Counted from the stretch's first letter, positions 52,737-61,301 are shown. The stretch is DNA of 64,000 bases from Omnitrophica bacterium GWA2_41_15 (GCA_919902105.1 CAKKQO010000017.1:3305-67304); one strand, 5' to 3'. The notes: generated by a model from the letters alone, not told the origin. Program-made: numbers and translations.

Positions 52737-52893
52737 CTATTTTATATTCTAAAATATCAAAGGTCAAGAGGTTAATTTGTCATTGGGGCTTGGTCATTAG
52801 AATTTTTAAGATGGGGCTGTCCCGAATGTTGTAAACTGATAATGTTTAACTTCGGGACGCCCCGAAGAGACACTTGGATAGCAAACTACATTC

Positions 52894-52969
<76 letters not shown>

Positions 52970-52973
52970 TTAC

Positions 52974-53005
52974 AGGGCGCTGAATAAGTAAAGCAGCGCC
53001 TTTTT
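52974..53005 (+). terminator. Intrinsic terminator after tRNA-Ala
   Basis: GGCGCTG-aataagtaaag-CAGCGCC + TTTTT. Confidence 0.8.
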
Positions 53006-53040
53006 AATTCTACGATAAATTTTTCGTCGGGAGGCCGCCC

Positions 53041-53069
53041 TTGAAAGAAGCCAGATTCTGTGTTATACT
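53041..53069 (+). promoter_or_regulatory. Promoter TTGAAA-17-TATACT with extended -10 TG, driving the candidate sRNA
   Basis: TTGAAA 53041-53046, TGT-TATACT 53061-53069. Shares the TTGAAA...TTCTGTGTTA core with the promoter at 53266. Confidence 0.6.
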
Positions 53070-53075
53070 ATAAGT

Positions 53076-53240
53076 AGCCGATAAAGGTAGGCCGTCAAAA
53101 AGTGCGGAGAAGAAGGTGAGGCACAACTCCTAAAGCACATGTAACTTAAGGAACGGCCGGAAGTTAGATGAAGGTGAGTTGTAAAGTTATCGCCTTTGTC
53201 GGCGTTTCTTATTAATCCCAACAGATTGTTGGGATTTTTT
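53076..53240 (+). ncRNA. Candidate structured small RNA or cis-regulatory leader of about 165 nt with its own promoter and terminator
   Basis: Closing helix GCCGAUAAAGG (53077-53087) / CCUUUGUCGGC (53192-53202). Internal GGCCGU/ACGGCC and ACAACUC/GAGUUGU pairings. Duplicated GAAGGUGAG motif. Terminator AATCCCAACA-gat-TGTTGGGATT + T run (53214-53240). Confidence 0.5.
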
Positions 53241-53265
53241 GTTGGCTTGGAACGCAAAATCTGGA

Positions 53266-53293
53266 TTGAAAATATTCGTTTCTGTGTTAAAAT
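53266..53293 (+). promoter_or_regulatory. Promoter TTGAAA-16-TAAAAT with extended -10 TG for the ybjQ-like operon
   Basis: TTGAAA 53266-53271, TGT-TAAAAT 53285-53293, SD AAGGAGG, ATG 53319. Confidence 0.6.
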
Positions 53294-53318
53294 AGTCTAA
53301 AAAGAAAGGAGGCAAAGT

Positions 53319-53633
53319 ATGCTGCTTACGAATATTGAGTCAATACCGGGTAAAAGAATTGTGGAGCATTTTGGCTTGGTTGCCGGTAGTACAGTAAGGG
53401 CTAAAAATGCTTTTAAGGATTTCGGCGCTGGCCTAAAAAATATTTTTGGCGGTGAACTGAAGAGCTACACTGCGTTATTAGAAGAATCCCGTAATCAGGC
53501 CATTGAGCGCATGGTAAAACAGGCAGAGCAATTGGGGGCAAATACGGTGGTAAATGTGCGTTTTGCTACTTCCAATATTGCCCAAGGCGCTTCAGAATTA
53601 TACGTCTATGGCACGGCAGTAAGAATAGAATAA
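53319..53633 (+). CDS. YbjQ/UPF0145 family protein
   Basis: 104 aa. IPGK.I....G.V.G..VRAKN.F.D..AG.KNIFGGEL..Y...L...R..A..RM...A...GANTVVNVRF....I..G..E...YGTAV. Confidence 0.75.
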   Translation: MLLTNIESIPGKRIVEHFGLVAGSTVRAKNAFKDFGAGLKNIFGGELKSYTALLEESRNQAIERMVKQAEQLGANTVVNVRFATSNIAQGASELYVYGTAVRIE

Positions 53634-53644
53634 AAGGGGGAATA

Positions 53645-54073
53645 ATGGGTGAATTAATATACCTTATTATTTTAATCGCGTTGGGCTATTTTGTGGGAAC
53701 AAGGGTTGAAAGGCGGCACTACCGGTTGATAGAAGAGCGCGAGAGGAACTTATTGCATCTTCCTGCTGTCTGCGGCAAGGATTTTTTAGAAGATAGAGCC
53801 ATAAGCGAGAGCCGGTTAGTTTATGGAAGCGTAGTGGTTTCTACTGATTATTTTAAATTGATTCTGGCAGGGTTAAGGAATCTGTTGGGAGGAGAAATTT
53901 CTGCCTATGAGAGTATTCTTGACCGCGGCAGAAGGGAATCAGTCCTGCGCATGAAAGAAAAGGCCGTTGGTGCAGACATAATACTGAACCTGCGCATTGA
54001 AACTTCACGGATTACCGAAATGGGCTCTATGGAAGTTTTTGCCTACGGCACAGCGGTTTATTACAACAGATAA
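53645..54073 (+). CDS. YbjQ/UPF0145-like protein with N-terminal TM anchor
   Basis: 142 aa. One TM helix, then a second, more divergent YbjQ-like domain (LLGGEISAYE...FAYGTAV). Confidence 0.6.
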   Translation: MGELIYLIILIALGYFVGTRVERRHYRLIEERERNLLHLPAVCGKDFLEDRAISESRLVYGSVVVSTDYFKLILAGLRNLLGGEISAYESILDRGRRESVLRMKEKAVGADIILNLRIETSRITEMGSMEVFAYGTAVYYNR

Positions 54074-54888
54074 TGAAATATACCGCCCGGGAAATCAAGG
54101 GTAATGATAATATATCGGCCAGTTCGCCTGTTAAAGATTTTTTTGAGCTGATATTTAAGATTCTGGGAATCCTTTTGGCTGTATATATAGGGTTAGGATT
54201 TTTAGTTGATTATCTTGCCCCGCGGATTTCCTCAAGTTTAGAATTAAAATTAGGCAGGGCCTTTTCTAAAAAATTCGACGAAAAGCCGCTTTCAAAGGAA
54301 GAAAAAGAACTACAAAGAATTTTGGAAAATCTGCTAAAACACGCCGATTCCCTGCCGAAATTTGATTATAAAGTAAATATAGAGGAGTCTAAACAAGTTA
54401 ACGCCTTCGTTCTTCCGGGAGGCCGTATTGTCGTCTTAAACGCTTTATTAAAAAAAGTAGGTTCCGAAAATGAAATTGCTATGGTCCTCGGGCATGAATT
54501 GGGGCATTTTGCCTACCGTGACCATTTGCGCGGCCTCGGTCGTAACCTAATAGCTCTATTAATTTCTTCTTTCTTATTCGGCTCAGACAGCTCTATCAGC
54601 CAAGCCGTAAGTAATTCTATCACCAATGCCGAAATGAGATTTTCGCAAAGCCGGGAAAGGGCCGCAGACATTTATGGTTTAGAGTTATTAAATAAAGCCT
54701 ACGGGAATGTTTCCGGGGCAACGGATTTTTTTGAAAAGATGGGTGCAGAGGAAAAAGCGGGATGGTTTTTTTATATTTTTGCCAGCCATCCTTATCCGAA
54801 AAGCCGGGTAGCGGCGCTAAAGGAAGCGATTAAGACAAAAAGATACAGCATAGCCCAGAAGATACCTTGGCCCGGCTCAGGAGAATAA
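54073..54888 (+). CDS. M48 family zinc metallopeptidase
   Basis: 271 aa. TM helix, HELGHFAYRDH (HExxH), downstream ERAAD. Start overlaps the previous stop (ATAATG). Confidence 0.75.
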   Translation: MKYTAREIKGNDNISASSPVKDFFELIFKILGILLAVYIGLGFLVDYLAPRISSSLELKLGRAFSKKFDEKPLSKEEKELQRILENLLKHADSLPKFDYKVNIEESKQVNAFVLPGGRIVVLNALLKKVGSENEIAMVLGHELGHFAYRDHLRGLGRNLIALLISSFLFGSDSSISQAVSNSITNAEMRFSQSRERAADIYGLELLNKAYGNVSGATDFFEKMGAEEKAGWFFYIFASHPYPKSRVAALKEAIKTKRYSIAQKIPWPGSGE

Positions 54889-54898
54889 TTGAGGAAAA

Positions 54899-55393
54899 AT
54901 GGCGAATTTTTCTTTTGATATTGTTTCAGAAGTAGATATGCAGGAAGTGGATAACGCCATAAATCAGGCCAAAAAAGAGCTTGTCCAGCGCTATGATTTT
55001 AAGGGCAGTAAGTCTTCGATTGAATTTGACCGTAGCGAAAAAAAATTGACCCTAATCGGAGATGATGATTTTAAACTGCGCGCCTTAAGGGATATTTTAG
55101 CAGGGCGCCTTGCCAAAAGAGGAGTCTCGTTTAAATTTCTTACTTTTAAAGAGCCGGAAAAGGCATTTGAGGGGACCTTGCGCCAGCAGGTGGAAATTGT
55201 AAGCGGCATAGACAAAGAAAAAGCCAGAGATTTAAATAAGATTATAAAGGAGTTAGGGCTAAAGGTGCAGACGCAGATTGAGGGAGAAAAAATCCGGGTA
55301 ATATCAGCAAAAAAAGACGACTTGCAGACAGTGATTGCGCATTTAAGAAGCATTGATTTTCCGCTCCCGCTTTCCTTTTGTAATTATAGGTAA
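54899..55393 (+). CDS. YajQ family nucleotide-binding protein (UPF0234)
   Basis: 164 aa. SFDIVSEVDMQEVDNAINQAKKE...RYDFKGS pattern is diagnostic of YajQ. Confidence 0.8.
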   Translation: MANFSFDIVSEVDMQEVDNAINQAKKELVQRYDFKGSKSSIEFDRSEKKLTLIGDDDFKLRALRDILAGRLAKRGVSFKFLTFKEPEKAFEGTLRQQVEIVSGIDKEKARDLNKIIKELGLKVQTQIEGEKIRVISAKKDDLQTVIAHLRSIDFPLPLSFCNYR

Positions 55394-55397
55394 GCCT

Positions 55398-57833
55398 ATG
55401 CAATACGATTTTTCCCAAATAGAAGCTAAATGGCAGAAGTTCTGGCAGAAAAACAAGAGCTTTCGCGCCGCCATCGATAAAACCCGCAAAAAGTTTTACT
55501 GCCTTGAGATGTTTCCTTATCCCTCAGGTAGGATACATATGGGCCATGTGCGTAATTATACTATCGGTGATGTAATTGCCCGCTATAAGTGGATGCAGGG
55601 TTTTAATGTGCTGCATCCAATGGGCTTTGACGCCTTTGGCCAGCCGGCAGAAAACGCCGCGATAAAGAATAATTCCGACCCCAAAGAATGGACCTATAAA
55701 TGCATAGATTGGATGAAGGCTCAACTTAAGAAGATGGGGTTTTCCTATGATTGGGAAAGGGAAGTTGTGACCTGTGGCCCCGCATATTATCGCTTCAACC
55801 AGTGGATATTTTTAAAGATGCTCGAGCGCGGGCTTGCTTATAAGAAGGCATCAACCGTTAACTGGTGCCCGAGCTGCGAGACAACGCTCGCCAATGAAGA
55901 AGTTATTGACGGCGCATGCTGGCGCTGCAAGAACGCTGTAGCCCAAAAAGATTTAGAGCAGTGGTACCTTAAAATTACCGCCTATCAGGAAAGGTTATTG
56001 GAAGATTTAAAGCAATTAGCGCATTGGCCCGAACAAGTAATTGCGATGCAAGAGAATTGGATAGGCAAGAGCTCCGGGTGCGAAATTTATTTTAAGCTTC
56101 GCGATAGCGGGGAGATTATCCCGGTTTTTACCACCCGCGCAGACACTATTTTTGGCGTAACTTATATCGTGCTGGCGCCGGAGCATACAATAATATCAAA
56201 AATTTCTGCCGAAGGCGGAAAAGGCCATATATCAAACCTCAAAGAAGTTGAGCAATATATTGAAGCAGCGAAAAAGAAAACAAAATTAGAAAGAATTGAA
56301 AGAGATAAAACCGGCATACAGTTAAAAGGTATTACAGCCATAAACCTGGTAAACAACGAAGAAATACCTGTTTTTATTGCCGACTATGTGCTTATGGAAT
56401 ATGGCACCGGCGCAATTATGGCTGTCCCTACGCACGACCAGCGGGATTTTCTCTTTGCCAAAGAGCATAATCTGCCGATGCGGATTGTAATTCAGGCTCC
56501 AGGCTCCAGGCTGCAAGCTCCAAGCGAAATGAAAGAAGCATACGAGGGCGATGGGGTGCAAGTTAATTCTGGAGAATTTGACGGTTTACCTAACCAAGAA
56601 GCGAAGATAAAGATTGCGCAGTGGATAGAAGATAAGGGTATGGGAAAAATCTCCACCCAATGGCGCCTAAAGGATTGGCTGATTTCCCGCCAGCGTTATT
56701 GGGGGACACCCATTCCGGTGATTTACTGTCCAAAGTGCGGTATTGTCGGTGTGCCTTACGAAGACCTGCCGGTTGAGTTACCTGAAAAAGTAAAGATTAC
56801 AGGCGTTGGCGGAAGCCCGCTTTCTAAGGTAAAGGAATTTGTTGTGGTAAAATGCCCGAAATGTAGCGGCCGCGCCCTTCGGGAAACTGATACTATGGCG
56901 ACTTTTATTGATTCTTCGTGGTATTTCTTAAGATACTGCTCGCCGGATTTTGACAAGGCGCCGTTTGATAAAGACGAGGCGGCCTATTGGATGAAGGTGG
57001 ATCAGTATATCGGCGGCATTGAGCATGCGGTCCTGCATTTATTATATTCGCGTTTTTTTACCAAATTTTTTAAGGATTTAGGGATGCTTGATTTTTCCGC
57101 CGAAGGCGGAGATGAGCCGTTTGATAAATTGCTTACCCAGGGGATGGTGCTTAAAGACGGCGAGGTAATGTCAAAATCACGCGGCAATATAGTGGATCCG
57201 GATGAGATTATTAATAAATATGGCGCAGACACCCTGCGGCTTTTTATTCTTTTTGCCGCACCACCCGAAGCGGAACTTGAATGGAACGATACAGCCATAG
57301 ACGGCTCTTTTAAATTTTTAATGCGCATCTTTCGCCTTTTAGAAAAAGCCGCTGATAAAACTCCGAGCGCCGAACTCTTGCGCCGCCTGCATAGTACGAT
57401 TAAAAAAGTTACTGAAGATATGGAGGGCGGTTTTAAGTTTAACACTGCGATTAGCGCAATTATGGAATTAGTCAACGAAATCTATAAAAGTGATTCCGTA
57501 AACAAGGAAATTCTAAAGACGCTTACGATTTTAATCTCGCCGTTTGTCCCGCATATGGCAGAAGAGATGTGGCAGGCACTCGGTGCAAAAGAAAGCATCT
57601 TAAAAGTCCGCTGGCCTGAGTTTAAGCCTGAGTTTTTAAAATTAGACAAAGTTACGCTGGTTGTGCAGATTAACGGCAAGGTGCGCGAAAAAATAGAAGC
57701 AGAAGTTGATATAGATAAAGAAAGCCTAAAAGAATTAGTTTTAGCCAGCAATACTGTAAAGAAATGGATTGAAAATAAGCCGGTCAAAAATTTTGTAATT
57801 GTGCCGAATAAATTAGTAAATATCGTAGTTTAA
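55398..57833 (+). CDS. leuS: Leucyl-tRNA synthetase
   Basis: ATG 55398. FPYPSGRIHMGHVRNY (HIGH), KMSKSRGN-type VMSKSRGN (KMSKS), and CP1/zinc motifs. Confidence 0.9.
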   Translation: MQYDFSQIEAKWQKFWQKNKSFRAAIDKTRKKFYCLEMFPYPSGRIHMGHVRNYTIGDVIARYKWMQGFNVLHPMGFDAFGQPAENAAIKNNSDPKEWTYKCIDWMKAQLKKMGFSYDWEREVVTCGPAYYRFNQWIFLKMLERGLAYKKASTVNWCPSCETTLANEEVIDGACWRCKNAVAQKDLEQWYLKITAYQERLLEDLKQLAHWPEQVIAMQENWIGKSSGCEIYFKLRDSGEIIPVFTTRADTIFGVTYIVLAPEHTIISKISAEGGKGHISNLKEVEQYIEAAKKKTKLERIERDKTGIQLKGITAINLVNNEEIPVFIADYVLMEYGTGAIMAVPTHDQRDFLFAKEHNLPMRIVIQAPGSRLQAPSEMKEAYEGDGVQVNSGEFDGLPNQEAKIKIAQWIEDKGMGKISTQWRLKDWLISRQRYWGTPIPVIYCPKCGIVGVPYEDLPVELPEKVKITGVGGSPLSKVKEFVVVKCPKCSGRALRETDTMATFIDSSWYFLRYCSPDFDKAPFDKDEAAYWMKVDQYIGGIEHAVLHLLYSRFFTKFFKDLGMLDFSAEGGDEPFDKLLTQGMVLKDGEVMSKSRGNIVDPDEIINKYGADTLRLFILFAAPPEAELEWNDTAIDGSFKFLMRIFRLLEKAADKTPSAELLRRLHSTIKKVTEDMEGGFKFNTAISAIMELVNEIYKSDSVNKEILKTLTILISPFVPHMAEEMWQALGAKESILKVRWPEFKPEFLKLDKVTLVVQINGKVREKIEAEVDIDKESLKELVLASNTVKKWIENKPVKNFVIVPNKLVNIVV
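56203..56221 (+). repeat. GC-rich mini-hairpin TTTCTGCC-GAA-GGCGGAAA inside leuS
   Basis: Direct reading. Translated as SAEGGK. Confidence 0.6.
56493..56527 (+). repeat. Heptanucleotide tandem array in leuS (CAGGCTC-type, 5 units)
   Basis: CAGGCTC CAGGCTC CAGGCTG CAAGCTC CAAGCGA. Translated as QAPGSRLQAPSE. Confidence 0.85.
57094..57110 (+). repeat. GC-rich mini-hairpin TTTCCGCC-GAA-GGCGGA inside leuS
   Basis: Direct reading. Translated as FSAEGGD. Confidence 0.6.
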
Positions 57834-57861
57834 TATAAATTAATAGCTATACGCTGTATAT

Positions 57862-58209
57862 ATGTTTCAGCTTAACCTTACCCGTCAGGAAAAGAATGTA
57901 ATTTTAGTGGTTATTCTTGCAGCACTTGTTGGCATCGGCATAAGTTATTTATTTAAAGCAATACCTAAGGCAGACGAGGCATATAATGCCTCTTTTGATA
58001 AGCCGTTAAAGGTAAATATCAACACCGCCTCGTTCGATGAGTTAATTAAGCTTCCTGAAATCGGCCCTAAGACCGCAGAAAGAATCATAAACTTCCGCGG
58101 CAAAAACGGAAAATTTTCTGAAATAGACCAATTAAAACAAATCCAAGGCATTACAGATAAAAAATTAACGCGCATAAAAGAATTCCTTGTTCTTGAAGAG
58201 CCAAAATAA
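57862..58209 (+). CDS. comEA: ComEA-family helix-hairpin-helix DNA-binding protein
   Basis: 115 aa. TM anchor, then VNINTASFDELIKLPEIGPKTAERII..R...G.F..I..L..I.GI. Confidence 0.75.
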   Translation: MFQLNLTRQEKNVILVVILAALVGIGISYLFKAIPKADEAYNASFDKPLKVNINTASFDELIKLPEIGPKTAERIINFRGKNGKFSEIDQLKQIQGITDKKLTRIKEFLVLEEPK

Positions 58210-59632
58210 AAAAATAAATTTTGTTCTTGTCCCTATCGCTGTTTGCTTTTCTTTGGGGATATCGGCGGCGAGTTTCACTAATATCCCTTTTTTTATTTGT
58301 TATCCGCTTTCTGCCATTCTGCTCATTGTTTGTTTATTCCTAAGAGATGATGAGGCGTTTAGCATAAATTTATTGGGCCTGGCTTTTTTTATCGGGGCAG
58401 CGCATTTATCCTCTTATCAGACCCTACCTAAAAATCACATTGCTGATGCTAATAATCGCTGGATATTTTGGCAGGATGGTATTTTGGCAAGGGGTCTTAT
58501 TATCGATGAGCCGCAAATTAAAGAGGGAAGAGCTAAGTTTATATTATATTTGTCAGAGATAAAGGTTGGGGGTGGGGAACAAAAAGCAACAGTAAGGGGA
58601 AAAATTTTAGTTACGGTTTTTGACGGAGAAGTATTGCCAAAAATATCTTACGGCGATGAGGTAATTTTGGAGGGAAAATTTTTCAGGCCGCATAATTTTG
58701 GTAAAAAAAGCAATTTCGACTATCGCCGTTATTTAACGCGCCGAGGCATATACGGTGCATTAAATGTCAGAAAAGGCGCGCCTTTTAAAATAACCGCGCA
58801 TAATAGAGGGAATTTTATTAAGCAATTGGCGATTAAATTTAAAAATAAAATAGAGTCTGGCTTTTACGCTAATATGCCTGAAAGCTACGCGGCGGTCTTA
58901 TCAACAATGTTATTAGGGGATAGGTCGAGTTTACCTAAAGGGATTTTAGAAGTATTTGTCAGGACCGGCACCGCCCATATTCTGGCTATAAGCGGCATGA
59001 ATATCGCGATAACCGCTTTTATTCTGCTTGTATTTCTAAAAGTAATGCGCATTCCCAGAAAGCCGCGTTATATTTTAACCATCCTGCTCCTTGTATTTTA
59101 TAATTTTATTACCGGCGCACAGCCGTCTGTAAGCCGAGCAGTGATTATGGGCTCGGTTTTGTTAGTCGGATTGTTGCTTGAGAGGGAGGTAAATATCTAT
59201 AATTCTCTGGCTTTGGCAGCGTTAATCCTACTGGCACAAAATCCCTTGCAAATACAAGAGATAGGGTTTCAACTGTCTTTTGTCAGCGTTATCTCAATAG
59301 TTTATCTTTCCCCAAAGATAGAAAGGTTTTTACGCCTGAATAATTTTATTCTAAAATCTTTTTCTGTATCGCTGGCGGCGTGGCTTGGCACATTCCTATT
59401 CATAATTTATTACTTTAAGATTATTTCGCCGGTGACTATTTTGGCTAATTTAGTTATTGTGCCTTTGGTAACGGTGCTTACGGTGGCAGGGTTTATTTTG
59501 ATGTTGGGGATATTTATTCTACCGGCTTTTGTTCACGTATTTGGCCTGACTGCGGGTGCAAGCGTTTATCTCTTGATTAAATCCGCTGAACTTTTCTCCC
59601 TCATCCCCGGCGCATATTTTTATTTAAAATAA
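58187..59632 (+). CDS. comEC: ComEC/Rec2 DNA internalisation channel (DUF4131 + competence domain; no metallo-beta-lactamase domain)
   Basis: 481 aa, multi-TM. Conserved GTAHILAISGMNI and SRAVIMG blocks. TTG start uncertain. Confidence 0.7.
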   Translation: MFLKSQNKKINFVLVPIAVCFSLGISAASFTNIPFFICYPLSAILLIVCLFLRDDEAFSINLLGLAFFIGAAHLSSYQTLPKNHIADANNRWIFWQDGILARGLIIDEPQIKEGRAKFILYLSEIKVGGGEQKATVRGKILVTVFDGEVLPKISYGDEVILEGKFFRPHNFGKKSNFDYRRYLTRRGIYGALNVRKGAPFKITAHNRGNFIKQLAIKFKNKIESGFYANMPESYAAVLSTMLLGDRSSLPKGILEVFVRTGTAHILAISGMNIAITAFILLVFLKVMRIPRKPRYILTILLLVFYNFITGAQPSVSRAVIMGSVLLVGLLLEREVNIYNSLALAALILLAQNPLQIQEIGFQLSFVSVISIVYLSPKIERFLRLNNFILKSFSVSLAAWLGTFLFIIYYFKIISPVTILANLVIVPLVTVLTVAGFILMLGIFILPAFVHVFGLTAGASVYLLIKSAELFSLIPGAYFYLK

Positions 59633-59633
59633 A

Positions 59634-59729
59634 TTTTTCTTGCGCCACAAAAGTCTTTGCGGCATCGCGCAAAAAATTTACGCCAGAAGGCATTTTTTGC
59701 TTGACAAACAAAATCGGATTGATTAAAAT
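59634..59729 (+). promoter_or_regulatory. P-family hairpin repeat copy P2 with TTGACA-17-TAAAAT; leaderless start
   Basis: CTTGCG, CCACAAA-agtc-TTTGCGG, CATC, GCGCAAAAAAT-ttacgccagaaggc-ATTTTTTGC, TTGACA 59701-59706, TAAAAT 59724-59729, ATG 59737. Confidence 0.6.
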
Positions 59730-59736
59730 ATTGCAT

Positions 59737-60651
59737 ATGGTCAAAAAGAGCTTAATCATCTTAGCTATTTTTAATTGTTTTGTATTTCCTGCCTTTGCGT
59801 TAGACTCCGAAGAGTCCTCAGATAAACAAACTACTTCACAAGCGCTAGATAATCAACAAGACATACCTGACTGGCTAACGCGCACGAGCTTCGGCCTAGA
59901 GGGCGGATCGGACAAGAAACTAAAATATTTCATTGAAACCGTTCAGCCGCTTTTAGGCACAGAGGAAGAAATTATCACATTATTTAACCACACCCGTCTT
60001 TCACTGCAAGACGAAAGGCAAATCTTTAACACCGGTTTTGGCATAAGAAAAATATTTAACGAAAGTTACCTCTTGGGTATCAATGCCTTTTACGACTACC
60101 AGGATTTAAACAAGCATAGCCGGGGAGGAATTGGCTTTGAAGCAGTAAATGACTTTGGCCTTGAAGCGCGCCTAAATACGTATTTTAGAATTTCCCATGA
60201 ACAGATTGTAGAAGACGCAGGCGCTAGCCAGTTTTATGAAAAAGTGGCAAATGGCTTTGATTGGGAAGTAGGCTGTCCCATTCCTTATTTATCAGCCATA
60301 CGCCTTTATGGAGGCGGCTATCTCTACGACTTTGAGCATTTCCGGAATAAAGCGGGATGGAAGTCAAGAATGGAATACACCCCTATTAAGAATTCTCGTC
60401 TCGTCCTTGAGATGTTCGATGATAACAAGCGCGATGATATCGGCTTCCGCGTAGAAGGCGTAATTACCTTGGCATTTACGTCGTTTAATTGGAAGGATAT
60501 CTTAAAAGACTTGAAATTAGCAAAAGAGCCTTTCTCTAAAATTGATCTAAATAATAGAAAATTAGACAGGGTAGTCAGGGATTTTGATATTACGGTAATA
60601 AAGTCTACTAAATCCGGCGGTTTGGTAATAGAGGGCGGCAGGAGCAATTAA
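59737..60651 (+). CDS. Stand-alone inverse-autotransporter (intimin/invasin-type) beta-barrel domain protein
   Basis: ATG 59737 with signal peptide. Blocks VQPLLG, TLFNHTRLS, NTGFGIRK, LLGINAFYDYQ, HSRGGIGFE, NTYFRIS, ANGFDWE and EYTP match the IAT_beta pattern as I remember it. Confidence 0.7.
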   Translation: MVKKSLIILAIFNCFVFPAFALDSEESSDKQTTSQALDNQQDIPDWLTRTSFGLEGGSDKKLKYFIETVQPLLGTEEEIITLFNHTRLSLQDERQIFNTGFGIRKIFNESYLLGINAFYDYQDLNKHSRGGIGFEAVNDFGLEARLNTYFRISHEQIVEDAGASQFYEKVANGFDWEVGCPIPYLSAIRLYGGGYLYDFEHFRNKAGWKSRMEYTPIKNSRLVLEMFDDNKRDDIGFRVEGVITLAFTSFNWKDILKDLKLAKEPFSKIDLNNRKLDRVVRDFDITVIKSTKSGGLVIEGGRSN

Positions 60652-61256
60652 TGAAAAATAGACATATTATCTCTATTATTTTAGCAATTTTAGCATTTTT
60701 TACATCTTCAGCTTTTGCCGATACGAGCGTTACAAACAAATACCAGGTATCTCTTACTAAATTTGAGCTTTTTAACAGCGGCACAAATCAATGGGTTACC
60801 TTATATGAGGGTAACAGTGTCACGTTAGACATTGCTTCGGTTTCAGTAAATCAGGCCGTGGGTAATTTTATGTCCGGCTTAAGCGTTCCAGACGGAACAT
60901 ACACAAAGGCGAGGGCGACACCATCTACAACTTTCGTAATAAAAGGGAGCGTGACATCCGGCGGAACCACCTATTATACTACCGCCACAACTCTGGCTAG
61001 CGGCGGCAGGACAGTTTCCTCTGCTTCGACCACCGCGTCTGATGAGGCCGACTGCACCATAGCGATACTTACCACGGATGTAGCCCCAAACACTGACGGC
61101 GTGAGCTTTAGCTCGCCGCTTACAATTACCGATGGAAACCCAAATAAAAAAATACGTGTTAAATTTGATTTAAGCAACACCTTGGTTTATGTAGCAGCCG
61201 GGCCGAATAATCTAGTCTATCCCGGGCCACCGACCGTAACAATGACATTGGAGTAG
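60651..61256 (+). CDS. Secreted Thr/Ser-rich beta-sandwich-like protein (DUF4382-like, tentative)
   Basis: 201 aa. Signal peptide ..SSAFA. Motifs VPDGTYTKAR and IRVKFDLSNTL. ATG overlaps the upstream TAA by 1 nt. Confidence 0.45.
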   Translation: MKNRHIISIILAILAFFTSSAFADTSVTNKYQVSLTKFELFNSGTNQWVTLYEGNSVTLDIASVSVNQAVGNFMSGLSVPDGTYTKARATPSTTFVIKGSVTSGGTTYYTTATTLASGGRTVSSASTTASDEADCTIAILTTDVAPNTDGVSFSSPLTITDGNPNKKIRVKFDLSNTLVYVAAGPNNLVYPGPPTVTMTLE

Positions 61257-61273
61257 GCGTCAAAAGATTTTAT

Positions 61274-61301
61274 TTGACTTTTTTTATTTTTGTGGTATAA
61301 T
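61274..61301 (+). promoter_or_regulatory. Promoter TTGACT-16-TATAAT with extended -10 TG
   Basis: TTGACT 61274-61279, TGG-TATAAT 61293-61301. Confidence 0.55.

Noticed and set aside
52813-52866. 54-nt hairpin GGGGC-GTCCCGAA...TTCGGGAC-GCCCC upstream of tRNA-Ala as a separate ncRNA
   Set aside because: It is a single hairpin with no promoter or terminator of its own that I can see. It is more likely part of the tRNA precursor leader or a divergent-promoter region structure, and is too little to call.
53076-53240. Candidate RNA as an M-box (Mg) riboswitch
   Set aside because: It shares GGUGAGG and CUAAAGC-like strings with M-box RNAs. However, the order and spacing of motifs differ, and the downstream genes are not Mg transporters. 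It is kept only as an unclassified candidate.
58187-59632. ComEC lacking the C-terminal metallo-beta-lactamase domain as a truncation or pseudogene
   Set aside because: The ORF is intact, ends at a normal stop followed by a P element, and short ComEC forms without the nuclease domain are common. There is no evidence of decay.
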